From positions 66,601 to 114,002 of the forward strand of contig JAUSEN010000025.1 of NCBI GenBank assembly GCA_030650025.1: a stretch of 47,402 nucleotides of DNA, read 5' to 3'. The notes under the pieces are model-generated. The model did no database searches. It had not been told where the DNA came from and saw only the letters and a program-made list of their open reading frames with translations. The position numbers and the translations under genes were made by a program. Every line of letters starts with the position of its first letter. Within the stretch, counting starts at the first letter, position 1. This DNA is from Candidatus Magasanikiibacteriota bacterium. Its GTDB lineage: Bacteria > Patescibacteriota > Patescibacteriia > Magasanikbacterales > GWA2-37-8. This document shows positions 28,334 through 37,782 of this stretch, piece after piece.

Positions 28334-29557
28334 ATGCTAATCCTCGGGATCGAATCTTCTTGCGATGACACGTCCGTGGCTCTCCTGGAATGCTCGGAGC
28401 AGGGCCACACGATTTTGGCGCATAAAACCGCGTCGCAAATTGATATTCATAAAAAATATGGCGGCGTGGTGCCTGAAGTAGCGGGCCGATTACACGCCGA
28501 AGCGATAGTGCCGCTTATCGAAGAGGTGCTAGACCACCCCCCCGCCCGCATTGCTACGCAAAGCGTTGCGGGCGGGCCCACCCCCTCCTTGAAAGGAGGG
28601 GGAATGCGAACGAAACCAGATGCGATTGCGGTAACGAGCGGGCCTGGACTAATAACTGGTTTGATTGTAGGAGTGGAAGCGGCGCGGACGCTAGCGGCGG
28701 CGTGGAATATTCCTCTTATCGCCGTAAACCATATTGAAGGGCATATTCATAGCGTGGAGCTTGGGCAGTACCCACCTGTCATCTTGAGCGAAGCGAAAGA
28801 TCTAAGTGATTCGAAACGCTTAGATTCTTCGGCTACGCCTCAGAATGACAATAGCAAACCAATTACTAAATTTCCCGCGCTGGCGTTGGTAGTTTCGGGC
28901 GGCCATACCGAATTAGTTTTAATGCGTGACCACGGTGATTACGAAATCTTAGGAAAAACGCGCGATGACGCGGCTGGGGAATGCTTTGATAAAGTGGCCA
29001 AACTCCTTGGCCTCCCCTACCCGGGCGGCCCAGAGATAAGCCGGCTGGGAGAGAATGCCGCAGCCGACGCAATCCATTTTCCGCGGCCCATGCTGAAGGA
29101 TAAAAACTACGACTTCAGTTTTGCCGGCCTTAAAACCTCGGCTTTATACTACTTACGCGATCATAAACTTGCCGCCATGCATATAAACCCGGTGCAAATG
29201 CCCGCTGGTATTTTGGGACAAATGCCAGAAGAGCCTACTATTAACGACTTTTGCGCCAGCGTGGAGCAGGCGATTGTCGACGTCCTAGTTGGAAAGACAA
29301 TGCGAGCAGTGGCCGCGTATAAACCGCAAACAGTTTTATTAGTGGGAGGCGTGGCGGCCAACCAGAAACTCCGAGAAACTTTACGCTCGGAAATCGCTCG
29401 CCTACTCCCTACCCCCTACTTCCTACTCCCTTCGCTCAAACACTGCATGGATAACGGCGCTATGATCGCGGCCGCCGGATTTTGGAAAGCGCGGAACCAA
29501 GAATTTACACCTTGGCAGGAACTCAAGGCGAATCCAAACTTAGCCATTGCCGAATAA
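28334..29557 (+). CDS. tsaD: tRNA N6-adenosine threonylcarbamoyltransferase TsaD
   Basis: ILGIESSCDDT, GGVVPEVA, NHIEGH, VSGGHT, DDAAGECFDK, DNGAMIA. Confidence 0.97.
   Translation: MLILGIESSCDDTSVALLECSEQGHTILAHKTASQIDIHKKYGGVVPEVAGRLHAEAIVPLIEEVLDHPPARIATQSVAGGPTPSLKGGGMRTKPDAIAVTSGPGLITGLIVGVEAARTLAAAWNIPLIAVNHIEGHIHSVELGQYPPVILSEAKDLSDSKRLDSSATPQNDNSKPITKFPALALVVSGGHTELVLMRDHGDYEILGKTRDDAAGECFDKVAKLLGLPYPGGPEISRLGENAAADAIHFPRPMLKDKNYDFSFAGLKTSALYYLRDHKLAAMHINPVQMPAGILGQMPEEPTINDFCASVEQAIVDVLVGKTMRAVAAYKPQTVLLVGGVAANQKLRETLRSEIARLLPTPYFLLPSLKHCMDNGAMIAAAGFWKARNQEFTPWQELKANPNLAIAE
28533..28602. repeat. Nested palindromic insert in tsaD
   Basis: CCCGCCCGCA..TGCGGGCGGG hairpin followed by CCCCCTCCTT-ga-AAGGAGGGGG. 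Confidence 0.75.
28777..28850. mobile_element. TGTCAT...ATGACA MITE-like element, in frame within tsaD
   Basis: TGTCATCTTGAGCGAAGCGAAAGATCT...AGATTCTTCGGCTACGCCTCAGAATGACA (VILSEAKDL...DSSATPQND). Confidence 0.8.
29401..29428 (+). repeat. Heptamer tandem repeat (CCTACYY x4) in tsaD
   Basis: CCTACTC CCTACCC CCTACTT CCTACTC. Confidence 0.75.
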
Positions 29558-29558
29558 A

Positions 29559-32500
29559 CTAGATAACGACGGCGCGATTTAAAACCTGGCTTAAGGCCGC
29601 GGCCATATCGGGAGGCGTGCTAATTTTATAACTCGTCTTAATTTTTTTACTGCCGACTGACACATACAAATCCTGATTGCCGGGGTGAGAGCTAAAAATT
29701 TTTTTTAATTCTTCGGCATGCGTTTTCATCTCGCCGGCAGTAAGCTTAATAACCACGGCATTTTTTGGAATGGCCTCAATTTTGCCAAAACTAGCCGGCA
29801 CAAATTGCCGGATAGAGGCCTGGCCTAGGCTTAAAGTACTTTTTAAATCCACAATATTACTCGCGTTTAAACGGTAAGCTTTTTCCACAAATAACTTATC
29901 GTCGCCTTCTTCGGCGCTGGTTTTGCCGACCACACAGACGTTTTCTCCCACTTGCCACACGTCTTTAGTGGCTTCGAGAGTACGCGGGAAAACTAATAAC
30001 TCCAAGCTACCGGAGATATCTTGAATCGTAACAAACATCATCGCCTCGCCTTTTCTGGTAATTTTCTTTTTCAAACTGTCCACCACGCCGCCGACCACAA
30101 CCCAAGTATTGCGCGGCTCCCCGCCAAGTTCGGAAACAGACGTTAAAACTTCGCCTAATTTTTCCTGAAAATCTTTAAACGGATGGGCGGTAACATAAAG
30201 CCCAAGCAATTCTTTTTCCCAATGTAACTTGTCATCTTCAGTGGCATTGGGAGCGGGGTTTAAACGCACTGTGCCGGCCGCGTCCAAGCTACTGCCGCTA
30301 AAAAGAGAGTCCTGGCGCACGGCCGTGTGATTGTTTTTAGCGCGTAAAAAATCCAACATATTCTCGACATTGGCCAAAAGCAAACCCCGATCGTGGCCAA
30401 GGCTGTCGAGCGCGCCGCATTTAATTAAACTTTCTAAGGATTTTTTGTTCAAGTCTTTGTCTTGAACGCGGGTCAAGAAATCCTCTAGATTTTTATAAGA
30501 GCCGCCGGCTTTGCGCGTGCGGTAGATAACATCCGCGATATGCTCGCCCAAGTTTTTGATGCCATTTAAGCCGAAGCGGATGTGCTCGTCCTTCGTCCCG
30601 ATTTGAGTCGGGACTACGGACGACAAGGCCTCATTTAGTGAAGCAATTAACTTGCCCTGCGAAGCTTGCCCAGAAGCAAGCGAAGCATGGGCCATCGCAA
30701 AACTTTTAAAACTTTGGTTGATATCGGGAGGCAAAACTTTTATACCCAGGCGCTCACACTCGTGAATAATGGGCGGAACTTTGTCGATATCACCACTCTC
30801 CGCGATCAAAACCGCAGTCATGTACTGAATCGGAAAATTGGCTTTCATAAAGGCGGTTTGATAAGCCACCACGCCATAGCTCGCCGCGTGCGCCTTGTTA
30901 AACCCATAGGCCGCGAACGGTTCGATGCGCTCCCAGAGCAAATTAATTTTAGCTTCCCCCAGTTTGCCAAATTCGCGGCAACCTTTAAAAAACTTTTCTT
31001 TTTGTTTACTCATTTCCGCGGGAATTTTTTTACCCATGGCTTTGCGAAATTTGTCGGCTTCTTCCCAATTATAGCCAGCTAAATTTATGGCTGTTAACAA
31101 AACGTCATCTTGATAAACAATCAGGCCGAGTGACTGGTCCAAATAATCCTTCATGCGCGGGTCAAGATACTCTACTAATTCGGGGTGTAATTTGCGGCGA
31201 ATATACTCGGGTATGGACTCCATTGGCCCGGGCCGGAACAACGCCACCATGGCCATAATATCAAAAATACTGCTTGGTTTAAGTTCTTTTAAATACCGAG
31301 TCATACCACTGCTGGAAAGTTGGAAGACACCGACAGTTTCTCCCCGGGCTAGCATTTCGTAGGTTTTGGCATCGTCCCAGGGATAGAGATTATGAATATC
31401 CACGCGCTTCCCAGTGGTTTTCTCCACAATTTCCACCGCATGCCCCAAGATAGACAGGTTGCGAATGCCTAAAAAATCCATTTTTAAAAGACCGGCCGCT
31501 TCCACGGCATGCATTTCGTATTGAGTAATCATTTTGCCGCCATCGGTTTCGTACTGCACGGGAGTAAAATCAGTCAGGGGCGTTGGGGAAATCACCACGC
31601 CCGCCGCGTGCACGGAAGTGTGGCGCGCGCAACCTTCGATTTTTTGCGCTAAATTAAGAAGTTTTTCCACTTGCGGATTTTTGGCGTATAATTTTTTTAG
31701 TTCTGGCTCCAAATCCAGGGCTTTTTTGATGGTAATTTGAAAACCCTGCGCGCCAAAGGGAATCAGCTTGGCTACCTGGTCGCAAAATCCGTAGCTGTAC
31801 CCAAGAGCCCGGCCACAGTCGCGCACGGCCGCCCGAGCCGCCATGGTTCCAAAAGTAATAATTTGGGCGACTTTATCGGCACCATATTTTTTCGTGACAT
31901 AGGCAATCATCTCGTCGCGGCGATCGTCGGCAAAATCGGCATCCACATCAGGGGGTGATGGCCGGTGCACTGTGAGAAAACGCTCAAAAGGAAGCTTAAA
32001 ATAAAGCGGGTTAACATTGGTAATGCCGAGCGCGTAGGAAACAATAGACCCGGCGGCCGAGCCGCGCGTAGTTTCGATAATGCCATGGTCCCGAGCATAC
32101 AAAACATAATCAGACACCACCAAAAAATAAGGCGAATAGCCTTTCTTAATAATGATAGAAAGTTCATACTCCACTCGTTCTTGGACAGCGTCAGTAACTT
32201 CTAGTAGACTCGGCAAACGCCGATACACTTCGGCGCGCAAGAATTCATCGGCCGTATACCCAGTAGGAATATCAATGGCCGCGAAGTGCCATTCGTTAAG
32301 TTTTAATTCCAAATTAACCTGCTCGGCAATTTTGACAGTATTGGCGATAGCCTCCGGCAGATGTTTAAAGCGGCTCGCGACTTCTTGGCCGGAACACAGC
32401 GAATAATCCACCCCCACCATAGTAGGGCGGTTGGGCTCTTCCACCACGCGGCCAGCGCTAATACAGGTTAAAACATCTTGAGCTTCAGCATCCTCATCTT

Positions 32501-33137
32501 CTAAATAGTGGGTATCGCGTGTCACCACCAGGGGTAGGCCGGTAGTTTTACCGAGCGCAACCAAGGCGGCGTTGACTTCGATTTGGCCGGGCAGGGCGGG
32601 CAGATCGTTTAGTTCCAAATAAAAATTTCCCTCACCAAAAATTTCAGCATACTCCAGGGCTACGCTCTCCGCCTTTTTTAAATTATTTTCTTTGTGAATA
32701 GCATTGGCCACCTCGCCATTGATACAGCCCGAGAGCCCAATTAAACCAGCGCTGTGCTCTTGGAGCATAGCGCGGCTCAAAAGTGGCTTATCGCGCCGGC
32801 CAATAGTCTGCGCCAACGAAACCAATTGGAGAAGATTTTTGTAGCCCACATAATTTTTGGCTAAAACCACCAATTCAAACGAACGGAAAGCGCGGATATT
32901 TGGAGCATTTAAGTCGTCTAAAGTAACATAAAGCTCGGCGCCAATAATGGGCTTGATCCCCTCTTTTTTGCAGGCTTCATAAAATTCAATCGCGCCATAC
33001 AAATTAGCGTGATCAGTAAGCGCGAGAGTTTTGAAACCCTTAGACTTGGCAGCCTTAACAAGCTCGTTAATTTTGGGAACAGCGTCAAGTAGCGAATAAT
33101 GCGAGTGAACATGGAGGTGAACAAAGTCATTAGACAT
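29559..33137 (-). CDS. dnaE: DNA polymerase III alpha subunit
   Basis: HLHVHSHYSLLD PHP domain, RGSAAGS, PDVDAD, KMDFLG, YGFNKAHA, OB fold. Confidence 0.98.
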   Translation of the reverse strand: MSNDFVHLHVHSHYSLLDAVPKINELVKAAKSKGFKTLALTDHANLYGAIEFYEACKKEGIKPIIGAELYVTLDDLNAPNIRAFRSFELVVLAKNYVGYKNLLQLVSLAQTIGRRDKPLLSRAMLQEHSAGLIGLSGCINGEVANAIHKENNLKKAESVALEYAEIFGEGNFYLELNDLPALPGQIEVNAALVALGKTTGLPLVVTRDTHYLEDEDAEAQDVLTCISAGRVVEEPNRPTMVGVDYSLCSGQEVASRFKHLPEAIANTVKIAEQVNLELKLNEWHFAAIDIPTGYTADEFLRAEVYRRLPSLLEVTDAVQERVEYELSIIIKKGYSPYFLVVSDYVLYARDHGIIETTRGSAAGSIVSYALGITNVNPLYFKLPFERFLTVHRPSPPDVDADFADDRRDEMIAYVTKKYGADKVAQIITFGTMAARAAVRDCGRALGYSYGFCDQVAKLIPFGAQGFQITIKKALDLEPELKKLYAKNPQVEKLLNLAQKIEGCARHTSVHAAGVVISPTPLTDFTPVQYETDGGKMITQYEMHAVEAAGLLKMDFLGIRNLSILGHAVEIVEKTTGKRVDIHNLYPWDDAKTYEMLARGETVGVFQLSSSGMTRYLKELKPSSIFDIMAMVALFRPGPMESIPEYIRRKLHPELVEYLDPRMKDYLDQSLGLIVYQDDVLLTAINLAGYNWEEADKFRKAMGKKIPAEMSKQKEKFFKGCREFGKLGEAKINLLWERIEPFAAYGFNKAHAASYGVVAYQTAFMKANFPIQYMTAVLIAESGDIDKVPPIIHECERLGIKVLPPDINQSFKSFAMAHASLASGQASQGKLIASLNEALSSVVPTQIGTKDEHIRFGLNGIKNLGEHIADVIYRTRKAGGSYKNLEDFLTRVQDKDLNKKSLESLIKCGALDSLGHDRGLLLANVENMLDFLRAKNNHTAVRQDSLFSGSSLDAAGTVRLNPAPNATEDDKLHWEKELLGLYVTAHPFKDFQEKLGEVLTSVSELGGEPRNTWVVVGGVVDSLKKKITRKGEAMMFVTIQDISGSLELLVFPRTLEATKDVWQVGENVCVVGKTSAEEGDDKLFVEKAYRLNASNIVDLKSTLSLGQASIRQFVPASFGKIEAIPKNAVVIKLTAGEMKTHAEELKKIFSSHPGNQDLYVSVGSKKIKTSYKISTPPDMAAALSQVLNRAVVI
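30585..30691. repeat. Pair of oppositely oriented palindromic elements, in frame within dnaE
   Basis: CGTCCTTCGTCCCGA..TCGGGACTACGGACGACAAG and CTTGCCCTGCGAAGCTTGC..GCAAGCGAAGCATGGG. Confidence 0.7.
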
Positions 33138-33187
33138 ACTAACCGCATTTTACAAGATAACGACAACAAAATCAACCCTAAAAAAAC

Positions 33188-33217
33188 GTAGGGACCCAGC
33201 CGAGGCGGGGTCCCTAC
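33188..33217. repeat. GTAG-type REP-like palindrome, possibly a terminator
   Basis: GTAGGGACCC-agccgaggcg-GGGTCCCTAC. Confidence 0.7.
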
Positions 33218-33239
33218 AAATAATTTTTTTAATTTTATT

Positions 33240-33629
33240 TTATTTTTTTATCTTCCGAGCCGCTGTTCTCATTTTGCTGGCAGTGGCGGCCACGGCCTTC
33301 TCGACCGCGCTTTTGGCTGAACTGTTAAAACTTCCCGTGGCGCCATCGAGCCAGTGGTCGGCTTTTCTGGTGACAACTTTCTTGACCAAACTGCCAACGC
33401 CGCTCGTGGCCATGGTGAGAAAATCCGAGATATGTTCCACCTTGCCGCGGATGAAATTAATGGTTTCGGTGAGCATTTGAATCTTCACGCGAAACTCTTC
33501 CACAATTTGGCTCGCGCTCCGGAGCAATTTCATAACATAGTAGAACGTCCAACACAGAAAGATGGTTACCCAGAGCACACAAAAACTAATGACGATATAT
33601 AAAATGTCCCGAGAATTTTCTACAAACAT
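33240..33629 (-). CDS. Membrane-anchored hypothetical protein
   Basis: N-terminal TM helix followed by amphipathic helices. Confidence 0.75.
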   Translation of the reverse strand: MFVENSRDILYIVISFCVLWVTIFLCWTFYYVMKLLRSASQIVEEFRVKIQMLTETINFIRGKVEHISDFLTMATSGVGSLVKKVVTRKADHWLDGATGSFNSSAKSAVEKAVAATASKMRTAARKIKK

Positions 33630-33731
33630 ACCCCTCCTAAATTAAATAATTTAAACTAGTTCGATGTTTTTTATTATAGCACAAAATTAATCAGTTGCCA
33701 ATTTTGCACTCTGCCAAGCAATAATTTTAAT

Positions 33732-36239
33732 TTACCTAATTTCCGCGCCAAATTTTTGTTTAAGCAGATGCTCGGCTTTTTTTACAGCCCCCCCAATCTC
33801 ATTGGCCGCTAGTGTTTTGGCTTGGCTTTCCAGAGTAACGTGATAAGCCAGGCTTTTATAGCCGTGGTTTAATTTACTACCGCTATAAACATCAAATAAT
33901 TCCACGGCCGTGATTAACGGATCGGCATTTTTAAGTAGAGACACAATTTGAGCGTGGGTAATTTCTTGTTTTACAATAAAAGCGAGATCGCGAGTAACTG
34001 CGGGAAAGGGGTTCAGCGGCTTGTAAACAAGAGCTTTTTGAGTCTCAAGAATCAGAGTATCAACCACCGAAAGATTGAGCGCGAAAATAGCCGCGCGGCT
34101 TTCGAGCCCAAGAGCGGCCGCCACAGCGGGGTGGAATTCAAACACCGTGCCAACGACTGTGTTGTCTGTACCAAGGGTCAGCCAGCTGGAGCGCGTGGGG
34201 TGCATCCAAGGGTGGAGGGGTTTAGTTTCGGCCGGAGCATAGCGCCACGGCAAACGCAAGACACTGGACGCGGCCTCGGCCGCGCGTTTCGCTTCCCAAA
34301 ACGGCTCTTCGTTTTTCTTCTCCACAAAAATACTGGTCATTTCTACATCTTGCCGCGGTAATAGATCGCTGCCGCTCGCGGCGGCTCTGACCCCCGGCTC
34401 TTCGGCAATATAGACTTTGCCGATTTCGAACATCTTCAGCTTCTCTGCGAACTCTATATTCTTTACAACATTCTCAAGTAAATTCAAAACAACGTGCCGA
34501 CGCAAAAACGGCTTTTCTTTAGAAAGGGGGTTGTCGAGTTCTAAATACAGGTTCGGATCATCGCCGAGCGCCTCAATTTGGGCACGGCTCACGAACGAAT
34601 AATTATCAGTTTCCGTGTAACCTAAAGTGCCGGCTAGAACAGCGCGTACGGTATTCTCTAAAACGCGCAAAGTATCGGGGAGGGGCAGGGCGCCAGAGCG
34701 CGGCGGCAAAAGACTCGGGATTTTGTCATAACCAAAAATTCGGACAACTTCTTCGACAATGTCTTCGGCGATAGCGATATCTTTGGTGGCGCGCCACGAA
34801 GGAATTCTGACGGATAATTCTTTTTTACCTGCTTTAATAGTAAAGCCAAGATGCTCTAAAATTTTTATAGCCTCGTTAAGGGGGACATCAAACCCCAATT
34901 TTTGGATAAATAAATTTTTGGGAATATTAATGGGCCCGGTCGGCAACCGCGGTTTCCCTAGGCTTACCACTTTACTCGCCACTTTAGCGCCCGGGCAAAG
35001 CTCCAGGGTGAGCGCGACGGCCCGCGCCAGCGAAACTTCGCATAAATTAGGGTCTAAGCTCTTTTCAAAACGAGCCGAGGAATCAGAACGTACTCCGAGG
35101 CGCGTGGATGTCTTACGAATGCTGGCCGCGTCAAAAATCGCGGTTTCAAAAACAATTGTCGTGGTATCATTATTTATCCCGCTCCCCTCTCCACCCATAA
35201 TGCCAGCTAGCGACAGGGCGCGGTCGTGGTTCGCGATAACGCCGTATTCGGGCGAGAGTTTAATTTTTGTGCCATCAAGTAGAACCAGCTCCTCACCGTC
35301 TTTGGCAAACCTAACATTTATTTCTAGGCTATTTTTATTACCCTGCCTACCGGCAGGCAGGAATTCTAAACTCCGCGCATCAAACGCGTGCAAGGGTTTG
35401 CCAAGCTCAAACATTAGCAAATTAGTAATATCAACAATGTTGTTAATCGGTTTTTGGCCAACCGCGAGTAATTTTCTCTGAAGCCACTCGGGGGAAGGGC
35501 CAACTTTTATTCCGGACACGGCCACAAACATTATTTTGGGGCAAAATATCTCACTCTCGACATTTAATTTTATCTTCACGTCCTTACCCTCTTGGATCAC
35601 GGCTGTTTTGTATTCTTTAATATCGCGATTATAAAGCGCGGCCACTTCGCGCGCGAGACCGTAGTGCCCCCACAAATCTGGCCGATTGGAAAGAGACTTG
35701 TTGTCGATTTCTAAAATTGAATCATTTAAACCAAGAACATTCGATAGTGGTGTTCCTGGTTGTAGGGAACGCATATATGCGTTCCCTACCGAAGTACCAA
35801 CATCCAAAATTTCTTTATCATCCTTTTTAGGAAACATTGAACCAAGGCCGATTTCTTCGGCCGCGCAGATCATGCCCTGCGACTCCACGCCACGAATGAT
35901 GGCTTTCTCGAGCACGACTGGCTCGCCCTGCCCATGCCACACCACGCTGGCGCCGATCGGCGCCACCGCGACCCACTGCCCTGGCGCCACATTGCTACCG
36001 CCACAAACGATGGAAAGCTTGGCACCAACATCAACTTCACAAATTTTAAGTTTGTCGGCATTAGGGTGCCGGGCACACTCAATAATTTTGCCGATAATAA
36101 TTTTATCAAGACTCCGGCCTTGGCGCTCCACCTTTTCTACTTCTACCGTGCTCTGTTTTAATTTTTCGGCAACTTCCTCGGCAGTAACCGAATCGGGAAG
36201 ATCGACGAACTGTTTGAGCCAATTGAAAGAAATTAACAT
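33732..36239 (-). CDS. pheT: Phenylalanine--tRNA ligase beta subunit
   Basis: HPNADKL, NRPDL, PINNIVDITN, PLHAFD, EEVVRIFGYD, RDLAF, LFDVY. Confidence 0.97.
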   Translation of the reverse strand: MLISFNWLKQFVDLPDSVTAEEVAEKLKQSTVEVEKVERQGRSLDKIIIGKIIECARHPNADKLKICEVDVGAKLSIVCGGSNVAPGQWVAVAPIGASVVWHGQGEPVVLEKAIIRGVESQGMICAAEEIGLGSMFPKKDDKEILDVGTSVGNAYMRSLQPGTPLSNVLGLNDSILEIDNKSLSNRPDLWGHYGLAREVAALYNRDIKEYKTAVIQEGKDVKIKLNVESEIFCPKIMFVAVSGIKVGPSPEWLQRKLLAVGQKPINNIVDITNLLMFELGKPLHAFDARSLEFLPAGRQGNKNSLEINVRFAKDGEELVLLDGTKIKLSPEYGVIANHDRALSLAGIMGGEGSGINNDTTTIVFETAIFDAASIRKTSTRLGVRSDSSARFEKSLDPNLCEVSLARAVALTLELCPGAKVASKVVSLGKPRLPTGPINIPKNLFIQKLGFDVPLNEAIKILEHLGFTIKAGKKELSVRIPSWRATKDIAIAEDIVEEVVRIFGYDKIPSLLPPRSGALPLPDTLRVLENTVRAVLAGTLGYTETDNYSFVSRAQIEALGDDPNLYLELDNPLSKEKPFLRRHVVLNLLENVVKNIEFAEKLKMFEIGKVYIAEEPGVRAAASGSDLLPRQDVEMTSIFVEKKNEEPFWEAKRAAEAASSVLRLPWRYAPAETKPLHPWMHPTRSSWLTLGTDNTVVGTVFEFHPAVAAALGLESRAAIFALNLSVVDTLILETQKALVYKPLNPFPAVTRDLAFIVKQEITHAQIVSLLKNADPLITAVELFDVYSGSKLNHGYKSLAYHVTLESQAKTLAANEIGGAVKKAEHLLKQKFGAEIR
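35342..35361. repeat. CCTGCC-family palindrome, in frame within pheT (LPAGRQG)
   Basis: Exact reverse complement of 8251-8270. Confidence 0.85.
35762..35789. repeat. GTAG-type perfect palindrome, in frame within pheT (VGNAYMRSL)
   Basis: GTAGGGAACGCATATATGCGTTCCCTAC. Confidence 0.85.
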
Positions 36240-36243
36240 AGTG

Positions 36244-37296
36244 CTAAAACTGCTCTAAAAATTTAATATTTCCGCTCTCGAGTAGGCGGACGTCCTCGAT
36301 GCCGTATTTGAGCATGACTAAACGCGAGAGCCCGAGGCCAAAAGCAAAACCCTGATATTTAGCCGGGTCAACCCCACCGGCCTTAAGAACATTCGGGTGC
36401 GTCATGCCAGCGCCAAAAATTTCGAGCCAGCCAGAGTTTTTACAAACCCGGCAACCCCGGCCCTTACACAAAAAACAGGTCACTTCGCCGCGCACGCCTG
36501 GCTCCACAAATGGGTAAAACTTCGGTGAAAAACGCATTTTAACTTCGGGGCCGTACAGATGCTTGGCAACGGCTTCTAAAATGCCTTTCAAATGCGCGAA
36601 GGTAATATCGGTGTCGTACATAAAACCTTCGATCTGATATAAGGTGTGCTCGTGGCGAGCGTCAGTGGATTCGTTCCGAAAGCATTTGCCGGGCACGATG
36701 GCCGCGAGCGGCGCGCCGTATTTCTGAAGCGCCCGCACCTGCATGGGGCTCGTATGCGTGCGCATTAGCCAGCCTGCTCCAGCCGGAGCGGCTGGGTCGT
36801 GGCCCTTGATGTAGAATGTGTCCATAATATCGCGCGCCGGGTGGTCGGCGGCGAAATTGAGAGCGCTAAAGTTATAGTAATCACTCTCGAGCTCGGGGCC
36901 GTCTAAAACCATAAACCCGAGCTTGGCAAAAAAATCTTCTAAGTCGCGCCCTACTTGAGTAATGGGGTGAAGATGCCCGGGATCTAAATGGGGTAGGGCT
37001 GGCTCCGTAATATCTAGCCGCTCACCCGCGGCCGCGTTCTCCCAAGCGCTAGCGCTTAACTCGCGGTGGCGCGCGGCCACAGCTGATTCTAAAATAATTT
37101 TAACTTCGTTAGCGAGCGGCCCGATTTCTTTTTTCACTTCTGCCGCCAAATCTTTTAGGCTTTTTAAAATATTGGTGAGTTCACCGTTTTTGCGGCCGAG
37201 CAATTTAATTTCTAAATTGGCTAATTCTAATTTGTCTTTAGCCGCTTTAATGGCCAAAAGCCCTTCGGTTTTGAGTTGTTGTAAATCTATGGTCAT
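36244..37296 (-). CDS. pheS: Phenylalanine--tRNA ligase alpha subunit
   Basis: GHLHPI, HPARD, RTHTSP, YPFVEP, GFAFGLGLSRL. Confidence 0.97.
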   Translation of the reverse strand: MTIDLQQLKTEGLLAIKAAKDKLELANLEIKLLGRKNGELTNILKSLKDLAAEVKKEIGPLANEVKIILESAVAARHRELSASAWENAAAGERLDITEPALPHLDPGHLHPITQVGRDLEDFFAKLGFMVLDGPELESDYYNFSALNFAADHPARDIMDTFYIKGHDPAAPAGAGWLMRTHTSPMQVRALQKYGAPLAAIVPGKCFRNESTDARHEHTLYQIEGFMYDTDITFAHLKGILEAVAKHLYGPEVKMRFSPKFYPFVEPGVRGEVTCFLCKGRGCRVCKNSGWLEIFGAGMTHPNVLKAGGVDPAKYQGFAFGLGLSRLVMLKYGIEDVRLLESGNIKFLEQF

Positions 37297-37301
37297 AAAA
37301 A

Positions 37302-37778
37302 TTACCAGGCCAAGGCGCCGGCTGTTAAATAGTCATCCGAAAGCCCGGACATAATAGCAGTTTCATAAATTTCTTGGTCCGCCGGATCTTTGAGGAGCGC
37401 GCCAACGCCAGCCATTATTTTGCGCGCCAGGGACTCTTGCATGGCCGCGGTGCCTTCAGACGCTATTTTAATAATTAAATTAAGGCGTTCGTTGGCGGTA
37501 AGCAGGCGGCTGTTTGCTCCCACAAAAGCGCTGTCAAAAGCCAGCTTCACTATATTCTTAATAACAACCGGCAAAATGTATTTAGCCTTGTCGTCGTCAA
37601 TTTTTTCTTGGTTCTCAAATGAATATTTAAGAATGTACTCGGCTGTTCGGCTAATAAATTTTTCCATGTCGGCTCTGGGGTAAACAACATCGGCGCTACG
37701 AGCGTTGGCTACAGCCGCGGTTTGTTCGGCGCTTAGCGGCTGGCCGCTGGTGAAAGCAAATTTTTTCTCGGCCATCAT
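37302..37778 (-). CDS. Hypothetical protein
   Basis: 158-aa ORF tightly packed between rseP and pheS. Confidence 0.7.
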   Translation of the reverse strand: MMAEKKFAFTSGQPLSAEQTAAVANARSADVVYPRADMEKFISRTAEYILKYSFENQEKIDDDKAKYILPVVIKNIVKLAFDSAFVGANSRLLTANERLNLIIKIASEGTAAMQESLARKIMAGVGALLKDPADQEIYETAIMSGLSDDYLTAGALAW

Positions 37779-37782
37779 AATA

